Assembly: GCF_963921235.1 (NCBI RefSeq)
Contig: NC_086107.1
Coordinates: 96,040,001-96,104,000 of the forward strand
Direction: 5' to 3'
DNA length: 64,000 nucleotides
Source: Mobula hypostoma
Lineage: Eukaryota
Below, piece by piece: positions 23,901-36,820 of the stretch (its first letter is position 1; the number at the start of each line of letters is the position of its first letter). The notes beneath the pieces are model-generated. The model worked only from the letters and a program-made list of their open reading frames with translations. It had not been told where the DNA came from and did no database searches. The position numbers and the translations under genes were made by a program.

Positions 23901-24567
23901 TCCAGATTCCACGCCTTCCGATAATTCTTATATTCTGACGACGCATTCTGCATTCTAAGTCAGAATTTTTAAAGGTAAGGAATTCAAGTTGTTTCTTCAT
24001 TGTACTAATTGTTTCTTCAATTTTTCCCATTTGAAGTTCATTCTGTTGCGTATAAACTTGGAACTTAGATATTGCAGTCTGATGTTCCGTGATAGTTGTT
24101 TTCAGCTCATCAATATCGTCGATGATTCTCTCCAGTTTAGATGAAATCTCCGCACGGATCAAATCAGATATAGCTTGCATAGTTACCGCTGGGTCAACAA
24201 CAGGAGCGGGGTCGGTAAATTTCGGTCTGACAGGAGGTTTGCAGTTTTTCCCGTTCTTAGACATACCGGACCTTAAAAGCATCCAAATATATAATGACAA
24301 TCAACTCCGAGGTATTGTAAAGGTCGGTACCTTAAAAGTTAGCTTAAATGTAGCTGATGATAGGATAAAGATCAGAGGTAATGGAGCGGATCTAAAACAC
24401 GACCTCACACCATGAGCATCACCAGAATCCTCCCATCACGTCTTTCTCTTGCACTGCCTGCAGGACATTACGTGCTGACCACTGCCTGATGGCTCTGTGG
24501 TCAAAGGTGTTCTCCTGGAAGAACTTTTCTACGAAGGACAGGTATGGCGGCAATGACCAGCTGACGC
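17912..24567 (-). mobile_element. Tx1-clade LINE 3' fragment (17912-18686 and 24433-24567), split by a full-length L1
   Basis: ORF2 C-terminus DLAWLAVRGALPV..CPREDC..ESVTHLFAHC..ALWSARN; the sequence resumes after the L1 TSD. Confidence 0.88.
18687..24432 (-). mobile_element. Full-length L1 (about 5.75 kb), frameshifted: ORF1 about 23434-24270, ORF2 about 19047-22810
   Basis: Perfect 15-bp TSD ccatcacgtctttct (18672-18686, 24433-24447). ORF1 RRQNIRIIG; endonuclease NVYAPN and SDHAP; RT LDAEKAFD and YADD; C-terminal CDRC..HMFWSC. Confidence 0.95.
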
Positions 24568-25125
24568 CCCCTAGTTCTGTGAGATTCTTGGGCTGTCTTG
24601 CATGCACTGCTCTTTTGAGGTCTATGTACAGATTTTCGATGATGTTTAGGTTGGAGGACTGTGAGGGCCATGGCAAGACCTTCAGCTTGCGCTTCTTGAG
24701 GTAGTCTGTTGTGGATTTTGAGGTGTGTTTAGGATCATTATCCTGTTGTAGAAGCCATCCTCTTTTCATCTTCAGCTTTTTTACAGACAGTGTGATGTTT
24801 GCTTCCAGAATTTGCTGGTATTTAATTGAATTCATTCTTCCCTCTACCGGTGAAATGTTCCCCGTGCCACTGGCTGCAACACAAGCCCAAAGCATGATCG
24901 ATCCACCCTGCGCTTAACAGTTGGAGAGGTGTTCTTTTCATGAAATTCTGCACCCTTTTTTATCCAAACGTACCTTTACTCATTGCGGCCAAAAAGTTCT
25001 ATTTTAACTTCATCACTCCACAGGACTTGTTTCCAAAATGCATCAGGCTTGTTTAGATGTTCCTTTGCAAAATTCTGACGCTGAATTTTGTGGTGAGGAT
25101 GCAGGAAAGGTTTTCTTCTGATGAC
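24568..25125 (-). mobile_element. Tc1-family transposase fragment (DD34E domain)
   Basis: MLWACVAASG..QQDNDPKHTSKST..WPSQSSNLNIIENL. No terminal inverted repeats (TIRs) seen. Confidence 0.9.
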
Positions 25126-25479
25126 ACTTGAAATTACAGCAGTAATTGAATAGACCCGTTACCCTCCTCACTTCCCCCGTGTTTACTGGGTGGGGCATGA
25201 ACTGCAGAACGTCTATCATCTGACCTGTCCCCTGGGAAATTGCGCAACCTAGGTACAGTATGGTTTGCTTTCCTATCTTGAGCCTTGTGTGAACTAATTT
25301 TAAACCTCTTGATTCTCTAATTCTCTAAAAGATTCTCTAAAACACTGGCTATCGCCCTAAATTACCTGTTTCATCTTCTGAAGCAATTAGTGGGATTGCA
25401 AGAAAAAGTTTGTCAATCCTTTGCCAATACCTGGTTTTCTGCATTGATGGCATCTGCCTATCTCAAAGGACAGTGGAGT

Positions 25480-26050
25480 GTGCTCTATGGGTCAGTCTGT
25501 TGTAGAGCTGCAATACCTGCTATGGCTGTACAGGCCAGTTTTGGAGCGGTAGGCCTTGCTGCAGGTTCTGCAAGGGAATGCTGTGCCAGGATGTGGAGGT
25601 GCTGAAGTCGATGCTTCTCTTCACTGTCTGCACTCTCTCTTTGCTTCTGCTGCTCATCTCTCTTCTGCTTGCTCTTTATGCCTGCTTTGATGGTCTGTCT
25701 GCAGCTGCTGTGGTTGGCTGCCACAACTTCCAAGGTTGTTTGGTCAATGTCCTCTGCTTTCATGTCGCGCTTACAGATGTCCATAACTCGGGGCTGATCT
25801 TCCAGTGGGTCTGGTGCCAGTGGTGAGCTGTCCATGCAGTATGCCTTTGGGGATCCAGCCGTTCTTCACGTGGCTGGCGTGACCAGGCCATCGCAGGCAA
25901 TGCTGAGTGAGGACAGCGAACATGCTTGCGATGCCTGCTTGTTCTAGAACGTCCTTGTTTTAGACATGATCCTGCCATGGATGCCCAGGATTCTTAGACA
26001 TTGGAAGTGGAACGTGTTTAGGCTGTGCTGTTGGTGAGAATAAGTCGTTG
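25480..26050 (-). mobile_element. RTE-clade LINE ORF C-terminal fragment
   Basis: Minus-strand pieces DICKRDMK and CRTCSKAYRSKTGLYSHSRYC (terminal zinc finger). Confidence 0.7.
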
Positions 26051-26186
26051 TGACAGAATAGGTTGGCAGTGCTAATTCTCCTGCTAACCTTGCTCTTTTG
26101 CTTGGTTAGTCACTCCTCCTCATTCTGCCCCTGGTAGTTCACTCCTCTCGTTTCCCTGGTAGTTCACTCACATAGCCCTCCCATTC

Positions 26187-26518
26187 TATGAGGGGTGATT
26201 GATAAGTTCGTGGCCTAAGATAGAAGGAGTCAATTTTAGAAAACCTAGCACACTTATTTTTTAACATAGTCCCTTCCTACATTTACAGACATAGTCCACG
26301 GTGGTGGAGCATACAGATCCCTTCTTTGTAGAAGTCAGCATCTTGGACCTCCAGAGGTGGTCTACAGCAGGGGTGATTGATAAGTTTGTGGCTTAAGGTA
26401 GAAGGAGATGAGTTATACAGCTCTCGTTACATGCACGTGCAGTTCAACTCTGAGTGATTATGCAGGAAGTTTGAAGTTAATAACTCATCTCCTTCTACGT
26501 TAGGCCATGAACTTATCA
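26187..26518. mobile_element. Mariner-type MITE, right end truncated
   Basis: Begins tatgaggggtgattgataagttcgtggccta, with an internal repeat of it at about 26370 and an inverted copy taggccatgaacttatca at about 26501-26518. Confidence 0.7.
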
Positions 26519-27857
26519 TGGAGATGTGGAGGTGTTTGGAGTTTTGGCGTATATGGATGATCGCCTAGGGTTTGGATTTGCCTTGGAAGACTATGATGTC
26601 AGGCGAGTGTCTGAGCCCTGGACAACCATTGAAGAACTGGAGTTCACGCTCAGCAAAGTAGAGACGGGGCAACGGAATTTCAAGCAGAAATTGCGGTCAT
26701 TTACTGATGAATTAATCCAGAGAGACAAAACAATGACCAGCCTTTGAAAGGATCAGCAGAAACTCAAGAAATCGATCCAGAACAGATTGGAAGAAGCTGG
26801 TAGGGTAATTGTGTCCCAGATGGAGATGGACGTGAAGCGTGGGCCAGAACTGCTGAGACTGGGGCAAGAGTTGGAGAAGAAGCTGACATCTCGATTGCAG
26901 AGGCTGCCTAGGCTAAGTGCTTTAGTGTGGAGAAAATCAAACAGCAGCTACCAATTGAGGAAATGAGGAAGAATACGGATTCGAAGGATGATGTGCAAGA
27001 TGTGTGGTACCTGCGGCCTTTCGATAACCTCCCCTTGATTGAGAAAGAGAATTTTGGTCCTCCTGCTGAGTCAGGTGTATTGGGGAGGGCTATCTGTGGG
27101 CAGCCTGGGTTACTGCAGGACCCTGAAGGAAAAGAAGTGGTGCCCTGGACACGGGACAGGAGGCTCCGAGTTACAGTGGAGGCATGAGTGAAAAATTGAG
27201 AGAGGAGTTGGCAAGCAAACCCGAAGTATCCCCAGTAGTGTCCGAGCCTGAAGGGTTTAGGTGAGGGGGTACGGAGGTCTCGGAGGATTAGGAAACTCCC
27301 AGATAGGTTGGCCTATGTAGCGCTTGGGGAACAGGGCGTAAGGTCTGCTGTTTGGGTTTTTGTGTCTGCAGGAAGGGTTGGCGAGTTATTTAGAAGGCAT
27401 CAGGACATGACTAAATTTGGTGGGGGAAGAGTGTAAGGGTTTCTTCTTTTATGTTACTGCTAAGGTGAATAAAATGTCTTCTCTGTACTGTTAACTGCTG
27501 AGACAGTGGTTCTCTATAGCAGAATGTTTGGATTATAATTAGTGATAACGGGACTTGTATTCATTTGTTAACCAATTGGTATAGATGTTATTCTCTCTGT
27601 GTGAAAGCTGTTAGATTGCGTGGGCTTTGGGGGAGAAGGCACGAAGAGGATGAAGAGAGAAGACATAGCTTGAGGAGACGGTTGCCGGACCCACTGGGCC
27701 TGGACTCGGGGAGGGAGCCCAGGAGTCGACAATGAGTGAAGGAGGATCAGCGAAAGGGAATCCGTGAGCTCCAACGTTTGTGCACTGGACATGTTTATGA
27801 GATTATTGGGGCCTTTTATTTGTTTTCCTTTTCTTTTATTTCTCTACTAACCCCATA
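26519..27857 (+). mobile_element. Degenerate Gypsy LTR element 3' part (RT remnant, PPT, partial LTR from 27432)
   Basis: VLAYMDD remnant; PPT ggtgggggaagag followed by tgtaaggg. The LTR start is related to those of the elements at 28910-36477 and 46484. Confidence 0.75.
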
Positions 27858-30800
27858 CTTTTTTTAATACTTTATTTGCAATTTTCTGTTTTACAAAGAC
27901 AAAATATATTCAAGGCGTACAAAACAGTACAAAGGAAATACAGCTCCAGGTGGTGCACAGACAAAACAAATCAAAAACAAAAAGGCTGCCAGATAATTTA
28001 CAAGATTACATAAATAAACTTTCAGAAAAAGAGTTGACACAATAGTGACATCATGGAAGCAATGTAAAGTAAAATGAATAAAGGAATCCGGTTGGGCACC
28101 ACACCCACTCATGAGACTAGACAAGTCAAGGTCACTACGTATGTGAGGTATATGACACTGAGCCAATAAGGGTACCCATATTCTCTGAAATATATTCTGT
28201 GTATTGGGTTTGTGCAGACGCAGTCTTTCCATTTGTATAACAGACAACATCTCCTTGAGCCAGTGTGCGAAGGTGGGTGGAGTAGTAGACTTCCAGGACA
28301 GAAGAATAAGTTTCTTAGCCACCACCATTCCTAGATGCAGAGCAATCTGCAAAGTCTCTGTAGAGCATCCAAAGATGGCGAGATGGTGATTGGGCTGAAT
28401 GTCTCGAGAATAGACTTTTGAAAGCCACTCAAAAATTGCAGTCCAAAAGTTGTATAATGTAGGGCAAAACCAGAAAAGATGTGCTAGTGAGCCCTCAGCA
28501 GAGCAGCGCTGATCGCATGCAGGAGACACAGATGGGAAGCTGCGATTCAGTTTTGTTTTTGAATAATGCAATCTATGCATCACCTTGTACCGGATTAACC
28601 TGTAGCGTGAAGTAATAGAACAACAGTGAACCCAGGACATTGCCTCCTCCCAAAGTTCTACTAATATCTCTGAGTTCAAGTCCCTGGCCCAGGCTTCCCT
28701 AATAAGATCTGTAGAAACCAAAGGAGTAAAGCAATTCACAAATTTTGATATTAACTGTTCGGAGTCTGGAGAGAGCAAGAGGTTTTCAAGAAAGGGATGA
28801 GTGGTGGAAGTCGGCTCGAAGTGTGGGCACTTTTCCTTAACGTAGTGTCTGACATGGAGATGGTGAAAAAAATGTGAATTTGGAAGGTTGAACTTAGTGC
28901 TTAATTGTGTGTCGACCCCCTGGCCACCCTCAGGTTGCTCGATTCGCTGTCGTCTAGGGAAACAGCCCTCGGCCCTGCCAAACTGGATAATTAGTTTGTG
29001 TGGATGCTGTGTGATGTACCCCACCCCACCCAAATAACAGACAATATACCAGATACGATTAAATGATTTACAGTTTATAGATATTACTGGAACTATATAA
29101 TTAATAGAGAATAAAATATAAAAGAAAAATAATAGGCACCACACTAAACAAAGTTCAATCTCTTCGTGCACAAAACAGTTGGAACTCAGGACCCTTCTTC
29201 TTCACCCTGCAACCCCTCAGACCACCTCGACCGGCCACCTGGGACCAACAACGGTGGTTGACCAGACGCTCCACACGAGTCCATCTCCATCTCCTCGCTG
29301 AACGCCCTCCTCGGGGTCCACCTGGTTCATCCTCTGTCCCTCTCTCCTGCCTTCTCCCCCAAAACCCTGCGCATACAGTATCTTCAAATACAGCAAAAAC
29401 ATAACTATCCCAATTGGTTCATAACATCATTTTATCAGTAATGTGATTCAACAAACTGCTAGCAGGAAGGATTTTCTCAGCGTTTAACATAAGAAAGAAG
29501 CATTCCCAAGTATCACATAACAAAGAAGCCATTTTAATTAGCCTACACAGTAACATAAGAGATGAAACCACCTTACACTCTCCCCCCACCAAATAAAGTC
29601 ATGCCCTCATGACTTCTAAATAACTCGCCAACCAGTCCTACAGACACACAACACACACATACACAGATACGCGCAGTGACAGTGCTCCCCAAACAGTGGA
29701 CCTTACTCCCGTCCCACGGGCGCTACATAGGCCAACCTATCTGGGAGCTTCTTAACCCTCCAAGACCTCTGTACCCCCTCACCTAAACCCAAAAGGCTCA
29801 GACACTACTAGGGATACCTCAGGCCTGCTTGCCAACTCCTCTCTCACTCAGGCCACCATTACAGCTCGGAGCCCCCTGTCCCATGTCTCATTCAGATTGG
29901 CGACCTGGGTTTCCATCCCCAGGTCCACCACCGTCTGTTCCAACTGCAGGAAGTTCAACTGGTATGTCGGGTCATTTTTCTCACATTGCACCAAACTCCT
30001 CCAGCCAAAAACTCCTCCACATTTGACACTTAGCTTCTGTTGCCTGGGCTCAGCCACTCGCCTCGCCTCATAGTCCCCCCAGGCGAATCCAAGCTCTAGG
30101 CAGTCATCTACATACACCAAAACTCCACACTCCTTCACTTCCCCCATGGTCTTCCTCATGCCCTGTGGGAAGGATGCAGGGGCTCCGGATATGCCCTTGG
30201 GCATCTTTTCGGATCAGAAAAATCCTAGGGAACTAATAACAGCCGTCTTCGGCTCGACAGCCGCACTCCTCAGGATCTGGCAACATCCACTCCTCAGATC
30301 CAGCACATTAAACCACGTCGCATAATCCGCACACACGCTACCTCCATCTTCCATGGCGCCAGGGTCCAGTTGCCGTGACCTCTCTCTCACTGAGGTGTCT
30401 TCAGCGGTCAACTCCCCTCCCTCAGTCCCTCGGGGTAGTTCAGAGCATCTATTAAGAGGGTCTCACCCTCAGCTACTTTCCCCAGGCCGTACCACCGCTG
30501 GGTCTGGTTTAAATTCGGTACCGGCTCAAGGCTGCTGCATACGTCCTCAGAAGCAACTCAACACGCTGGGTGCCCAGACAATGCCCCCATGAACTCCAGG
30601 GTCATTAACCAATCATCGTCTTCTGGATAACTACTGGTACTGGTACCCAAAATCTCCGGTGCCCTTGCGGTTGTCGAGGGTAAATGCTTCAGACTCCGGT
30701 TGTAAAACGAACTGTACAACAACTTGACCTGCGCCCGGGGTCGAGGATGACTTTAGCATCGCTTCCCTCTATCCATAATGACACCCTTGGGCGTGGTCCC

Positions 30801-31499
30801 TCTAAGCCTTCAGGAATAGGGTCTTTTCCTTTCGGAAATTCATTTGTACATTGCTGGGAATGTACTTCCCCAGAGACCCCAAGCCGTTCCCCCACTGGGC
30901 CTCTACTAAGTTTCCCGACACCTCTCTGATCAGCTGAACAATTGAAGGAGGGGCTGATCCCCCTGGCACTGCAAGCAATTTAGCCGCCCTCCTAGCCAGA
31001 GAAGACACACTGAAAACTTTCCCCCCTCTTTCAAATAACTGACAGCTGTCACTACGGTGTAAGTGAACCTGACAACTCTAACACCATCACCAGCCCGCCG
31101 CCTTAAACTTTCAACCAATCCTTGTCGCTGTCCCTCAACCGAGCACTGCCATTCATCTAACAACTGAGAGATCTGCTCCACCCACGTCTCGCACGCCTCC
31201 GCCCCTCTTGGGGTGGACACTATCTCAAGCGCCAGGCAGAGCCTGCCAGAACTAAAACATTTATTCGCAGACACTTACCTCCAAATCAGACCACTCTTTC
31301 CTCTCTCTCCGAACAGCATGGACAGCCCCGAGTGCCACGTCCAATTCGTCAATGCCAGCAAACGAAGACAAAGAACAAAGACTGCACCCACCACGCATAC
31401 AGCAATAACCAGCAAATAACCCACAGAGACACACATTACAGATTTAAACACGGCACCCACACAGCATACCAGTAGACACAATCCCAGACAAAGCCCACA

Positions 31500-34400
31500 C
31501 ACTGCGTGAGTGGGGCCAGTGAAGGAGTGGAGCTTTGAGGCCTTGACTCGAGAGATTCTGGCAGTTTTGGCAGTTGGTCTGTGCAATCAAGTCAATCAAG
31601 ATTTGAATAGATCAGCAGAAAGCCGTTTATCAGACAATCAAGATTTGAATAGCTCAGACTCAGCAGAAAGCAGCTGATTGGGCAGTTGAGGTCAGGTGAC
31701 CAAACATTCTGAAAAGCTCAAACAGATAAATAGAGGGATAGCTCAAGCGAAGTGGCCAGTGCGTGAGTGGGGCCAGTGAAGGAGTGGAGCTTTGAGGCTT
31801 TGACTAGAAGAGGCGGAGGGCAAGCTAGCTCGCAGTTAGTCTTTACGATGTCTCCTGAGACGGTGATGTGCCTCTCATGTGAGATGTGGCAGTCTTGGGG
31901 GAACGCCCCTCTCCCGCAGAGTCACGTCTGCCAGAAGTGCATACGGCTGGGCGATCTGGAAGACCGTGTAAGGAATCTGGAGCAGCAGCTGGATGACCTT
32001 CGACTCATAAGGGAGAATGTGGCTGTCATAGATGCGAGCTACAGGGAGGTAGTCACATCTAGGCTGTCGGAAGCAGGTCGTTGGGTGACAGTCACGGGGG
32101 GAAAGCAAAGGTGAGCAGACAGGTAGTGCAGAGCACCCCTGTAGCCATTCCCCTGAATAATAAGTTTACCGTCCTGGATACTGTTGGTGGGGACGACCAA
32201 CCAGGTGTGAGCCACGGTGGCAGGGCCTCCGGCACTGAGTCTGACCCTGTGGTGCAGAAGGGTGGGACAGAGAAGAGGAGAGCTGTTGTCATTGGAGACT
32301 CTATAGTCAGGGGAGCAGACAGGAGATTTTGTGGACGTGAGAAGGATACCCGCATGGTTTGTTGCCTCCCGGGTGCCAGGGTCCGGGATGTCTCTGACCG
32401 GGTGCACGACATCCTGGTGTGAGAGGGAAAGCAACCAGAAGTCGTGATACATGTTGGGACCAACGACATAGGCAGGAAGAGGGATGAGGTCCTGAAGTGT
32501 GAGTTTTGGGAATTAGGCAGAAGGCTGAAGAACAGGACCTCAAGGGTGACGTTCTCAGGATTGCTGCCAGTGCTACGTGACAGAGATGGTAAGAATTGGA
32601 GGAAATGGCAGTTGAATGTGTGGCTGAGGAGTTGATGCAGGGAGCAGGATTTTAGATTTTTAGATCATTGGGGTCTCTTCTGGGGAAGGTGGGACCTGTA
32701 CAGATTGGATGGGTTGCACCTGAACTCGAGGGGGAGCAATATCCTTGCAGGTAGGTTTGCTAGCATGGTTCGGGAGGGTTTAAACTAATTTGTGAGGGTG
32801 ATGGGACCCAGAGCGATAGAGCAGTGAAAGAAGTGCATGGAGTAAAGCCAGATCTAACATACAGAGAGGCTTTGAGGAAAGAGAAGCAGAATAAACGGTG
32901 TAAAGACAGTAAGGTAGAAGGGCTGAAATGTGTGTACTTCAATGCAAGAAGCATCAGGAACAAAGGTGATGAGCTGAGAGCTTGAATACATACATGGAAT
33001 TATGATGTAGTGGCCATTAGAGAGACTTGGCTGGCACCAGGGCAGGAATGGATTCTCAATATTCCTGGATTTCAGTGCTTTAAAAGGGATAGAGAGGGTG
33101 GAAAAAGGGGAGGAGGGGTGGCATTACTGGTCAGGGATACTATTACAGCTACAGAAAGGCTGGGTAATGTAGCAGGATCCTCTTTTGAGTCAATATGGGT
33201 GGAAGTCAGGAACAGGAAGGGAGCAGTTACTCTACTGGGGGTATTCTATAGGCCCCCTGGTAGCAGCAGAGATACAGAGGAGCAGATTGGGAGGCAGATT
33301 TTGGAAAGATGCAAAAATAACAGGGTTGTTATCATGGGTGACTTTAACTTCTCTAATATTGATTGGCACTTGATTAGTTCCAAGGGTTTAGATGGGGCAG
33401 AATTTGTTAAGTGTGTCCAGGATGGATACCTGTTACAGTATGTGGACAGGCCGACCAGGGGGAATGCCATACTAGATCTAGTACTAGGTAATGAACCGGG
33501 TCAGGTCACAGATCTCTCAGTGGGTGAGCATCTGGGGGACAGTGACCACCGCTCCCTGTCCTTTATAATTATCATGGAAAAGGATAGAATCAAAGAGGAC
33601 AGGAAAATTTTTTTTAATTGGGGAAAGGCAAATTATGAGGCTATAAGGCTAGAACTTGCGGGTGTGAATTGGGATGATGTTTTTGCAGGGAAATGTACTA
33701 TGGACATGTGGTCGATGTTTAGAGATCTCTTGCAGGATGTAAGGGATAAATTTGTCCCGTTGAGGAAGATAAAGAATGGTAGGGTGAAAGAACCATGGGT
33801 GACAAGTGAGGTGGAAAATCTAGTCAGGAGAAAGAAGGCAGCATACATGAGGTTTAGGAAGCAAGGATCAGATGGGTCTATTGAGGAATATAGGGAAGCA
33901 AGAAAGGAGCTTAAGAAGGGGCTGAGAAGAGCAAGAAGCGGGCATGAGAAGGCCTTGGCGAGTAGGGTAAAGGAAAACCCCAAGGCATTCTTCAATTATG
34001 TGAAGAAAAAAAGGATGACAGAAGTGAAGGTAGGACCGATTAGAGATAAAGGTGGGAAGGTGTGCCTGGAGGCTGTGGAAGTGAGCGAGGTCCTCAGTGA
34101 ATACTTCTCTTCAGTATTCACCAATGAGAGGGAATTTGATGATGGTGAGGACAATATGAGTGAGGTTGATGTTCTGGAGCATGTTGATATTAAGGGAGAG
34201 GAGGTGTTGGAGTTGTTAAAATACATTAGGACAGATGAGCCCCCGGGGCCTGACAGAATATTCCCCAGGCTGCTCCACGAGGCGAGAGAAGAGATTGCTG
34301 AGCCTCTGGCTAGGATCTATATGTCCTCGTTGTCCACGGGAATGGTACCGGAGGATTGGAGGGAGGCGAATGTTGTTCCCTTGTTCAAAAAAAGGTAGTT

Positions 34401-35783
34401 GGGATAGTCCGGGTAATTATAGACCAGTGAGCCTTACGTCTGTGGTGGGAAAGCTGTTGGAAAAGATTCTTAGAGATAGGATCTGTAGGCATTTAGAGAA
34501 TCATGGTCTGATCAGAGACAGTCAGCATGGCTTTGTGAAGGGCAGATCGTGTCTAACAAGCCTGATAGAGTTCTTTGAGGAAGTGACCAGGCATATAGAT
34601 GAAGATAGTGCAGTGGATGTGATCTATATGGATTTTAGTAAGGCATTTGACAAGGTTCCACACGGTAGGCTTATTCAGAAAGTTAGAAGGCATGGGATCC
34701 AGGGAAGTTTGGCCAGGTGGATTCAGAATTGGTTTGCCTGCAGAAGGGAGAGGGTGGTGGTGGATGGAGTACATTCAGATTGGAGGATTGGGACTAGTGG
34801 TGTCCCACAAGGATCTGTTCTGGGACCTCTACTTGTCGTGAATTTTATTAACGACCTGGATGTGGGGGTAGAAGGGTGGGTTGGCAAGTTTGCAGATGAC
34901 ACAAAGGTTGGTGGTGTTGTAGATAGTGTAAAGGATTGTCAAAGATTGCAGAGAGACATTGATAGGATGCAGAAGTGGGCTGAGAAGTGGCAGATGGAGT
35001 TCAACCCGGAGAAGTGTGAGGTGGTACACTTTGGAAGGACAAACTCCAAGGCAGAGTACAAAGTAAATGGCAGGATACTTGGTAGTGTGGAGGAGCAGAG
35101 GGATCTCGGGGTACATGTCCACAGATCCCTGAAAGTTGCCTCACAGGTGGATAGGGTAGTTAAGAAAGCTTATGGGGTGTTAGCTTTCATAAGTCGAGGG
35201 ATAGAGTTTAAGAGTTGCGATGCAATGATGCAGCTCTATAAAACTCTGGTTAGGCCACACTTGGAGTATTGTGTCCAGTTCTGGTCGCCTTACTATAGGA
35301 AGGATGTGGAAGCACTGGAAAGGGTACAGAGGAGATTTACCAGGATGCTCTCTGGTTTAGAGAGTATGCATTATGATCAGAGATTAAGGGAGCTCGGGCT
35401 TTACTCTTTGGAGAGGAGGAGGATGATAGGATACATGATAGAGGTGTACCAGATAATAAGAGGAATAGATAGAGTGGATAGCCAGCGCCTCTTCCCCAGG
35501 GCACCACTGCTCAATACAAGAGGACATGACTTTAAGGTAAGGGGTGGGAAGTTCAAGGGGGATATTAGAGGAAGATTTTTACTCAGAGAGTGGTTGGTGC
35601 GTGGAATGCACTGCCTGAGTCAGTGATGGAGGCAGATACACTCGTGAAGTTTAAGAGACTACTAGACAGGTATATGGAGGAATCTAATGTGGGGGCTTAT
35701 ATGGGAGGCAGGGTTTGAGGGTTGGCACAACATTGTGTGCTGAAGGGCCTGTACTGTGCTGTACTGTTCTATGTTCTATGTTC
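31500..35783 (+). mobile_element. Near full-length CR1 LINE; ORF1 about 31848-32790 (disrupted), ORF2 about 32920-35680 with a frameshift in the A-run at about 34387-34394
   Basis: Zinc finger plus esterase ORF1. Endonuclease-RT ORF2 with GDFN, SDH, DFSKAFD, GVPQGSVLGP and FADDTK. 3' tail (tatgttc)n. Confidence 0.96.
33010..35626 (+). pseudogene. CR1 ORF2 endonuclease-reverse transcriptase (two overlapping ORFs, 462 and 463 aa)
   Basis: ORFs 33010-34398 and 34235-35626 join at VVPLFKK|KGSWDSPGNYRPVSL. Confidence 0.92.
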
Positions 35784-36820
35784 AATGTCACCCCCCGGCC
35801 ACCATCAGGGTTGCTCGGCTCACTGTCGTCTAGGGAAACAGCCCTTGGCCCCGCCAAACTGGGTAATTAGTTTGTGTGGATGCTGTGTAATGAACCCCAC
35901 CCCGCCCAAATAACAGACAATACACCAGATACGATTAAATGATTTACAGTTTATAGATATTACTGGAACTATATAATTAATAGAGAATAAAATATAAAAG
36001 AAAAATAAAAGGCGCCACACTTATCAATGTTCAATCTCTTTGTGCACAAAACAGTTGGAGCTCAGGACCCTTCTTCTTCACCCTGCGACCCCTCGGACCA
36101 TCTCGACTGGCCGCCTGGGACCAACAACAGTGGTCGACCAGACGTTCCACATGAGTCCGTCTCCGTCTCCTCGCCGATCACCCTCCTCGGGGTCTGACCC
36201 CGTTAGCGGACTCACAGCACCTGGTTCATCCTCTGTCCCTCTCTCCCGCCTTCTCCCCCAAAACCCCGCGCATACAGTATCTTCAAATACAGCAAAAACA
36301 TAACAACTATCCCAATTGGTTCATAACATCTTTTTATCAGTAACGTGATTCAGCAAACTGCTAGCGGGAAGGATTTTCTCAGCGTTTAACATAACAAAGA
36401 AGCATTCCCAAGTATAACATAACAAAGAAGCCATTTTAATTAGCCTACACAGTAACATGAGACGAAACCCCCTTATATGTGTGAATGATGCAAATTGGCC
36501 ATCAATGTATAGATCTAAGAAAGTTTTGATACCCCTCTCTTTCCAGACTGCAAATACCCTGTCTAATTGTCCAGGCTTGAATGAGTGATTTTGACAAATG
36601 GGAATGTGTATGGAAACACTGGGAGTTTGGTGAGCCACTTTTATCTGATTTAATATTTGTAAAGCATTCTTTAAGGTAAAGTTTTTTTTGGATTAGCTTG
36701 TCTGTTGAGGCATAAATGGAAAGCAGAAGAGCAGGAAGTGAAGAATATTTAACAACAGAGGCTTCCAGCTGTAGCCATGAAGGTTTTTCCTTTGGTCTTA
36801 GCACCTCCACATTTCCAGTA

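Larger units (their letters stand above)
28910..36477 (-). mobile_element. Non-autonomous Gypsy LTR element (LTRs 28910-29577 and 35786-36477; about 1.9 kb degenerate gag/pro/RT internal region) carrying a CR1 insertion
   Basis: TSD tgtg (28906-28909, 36478-36481). PPT at about 29578-29591; tRNA-Pro-like PBS at about 31480-31498. Remnants [28 protein letters not shown] and AKVILDPG. Confidence 0.9.

Noticed and set aside
24419..24895. Tc1 transposase with a novel C-terminal extension
   Set aside because: In-frame junction of a Tc1 fragment with the adjacent Tx1 fragment and L1 edge; no start context or TIRs.
27891..29171. 426-aa ORF as a novel gene
   Set aside because: Chance read-through from an LTR (28910-29171) into the L1 ORF2 C-terminus and 3' UTR.
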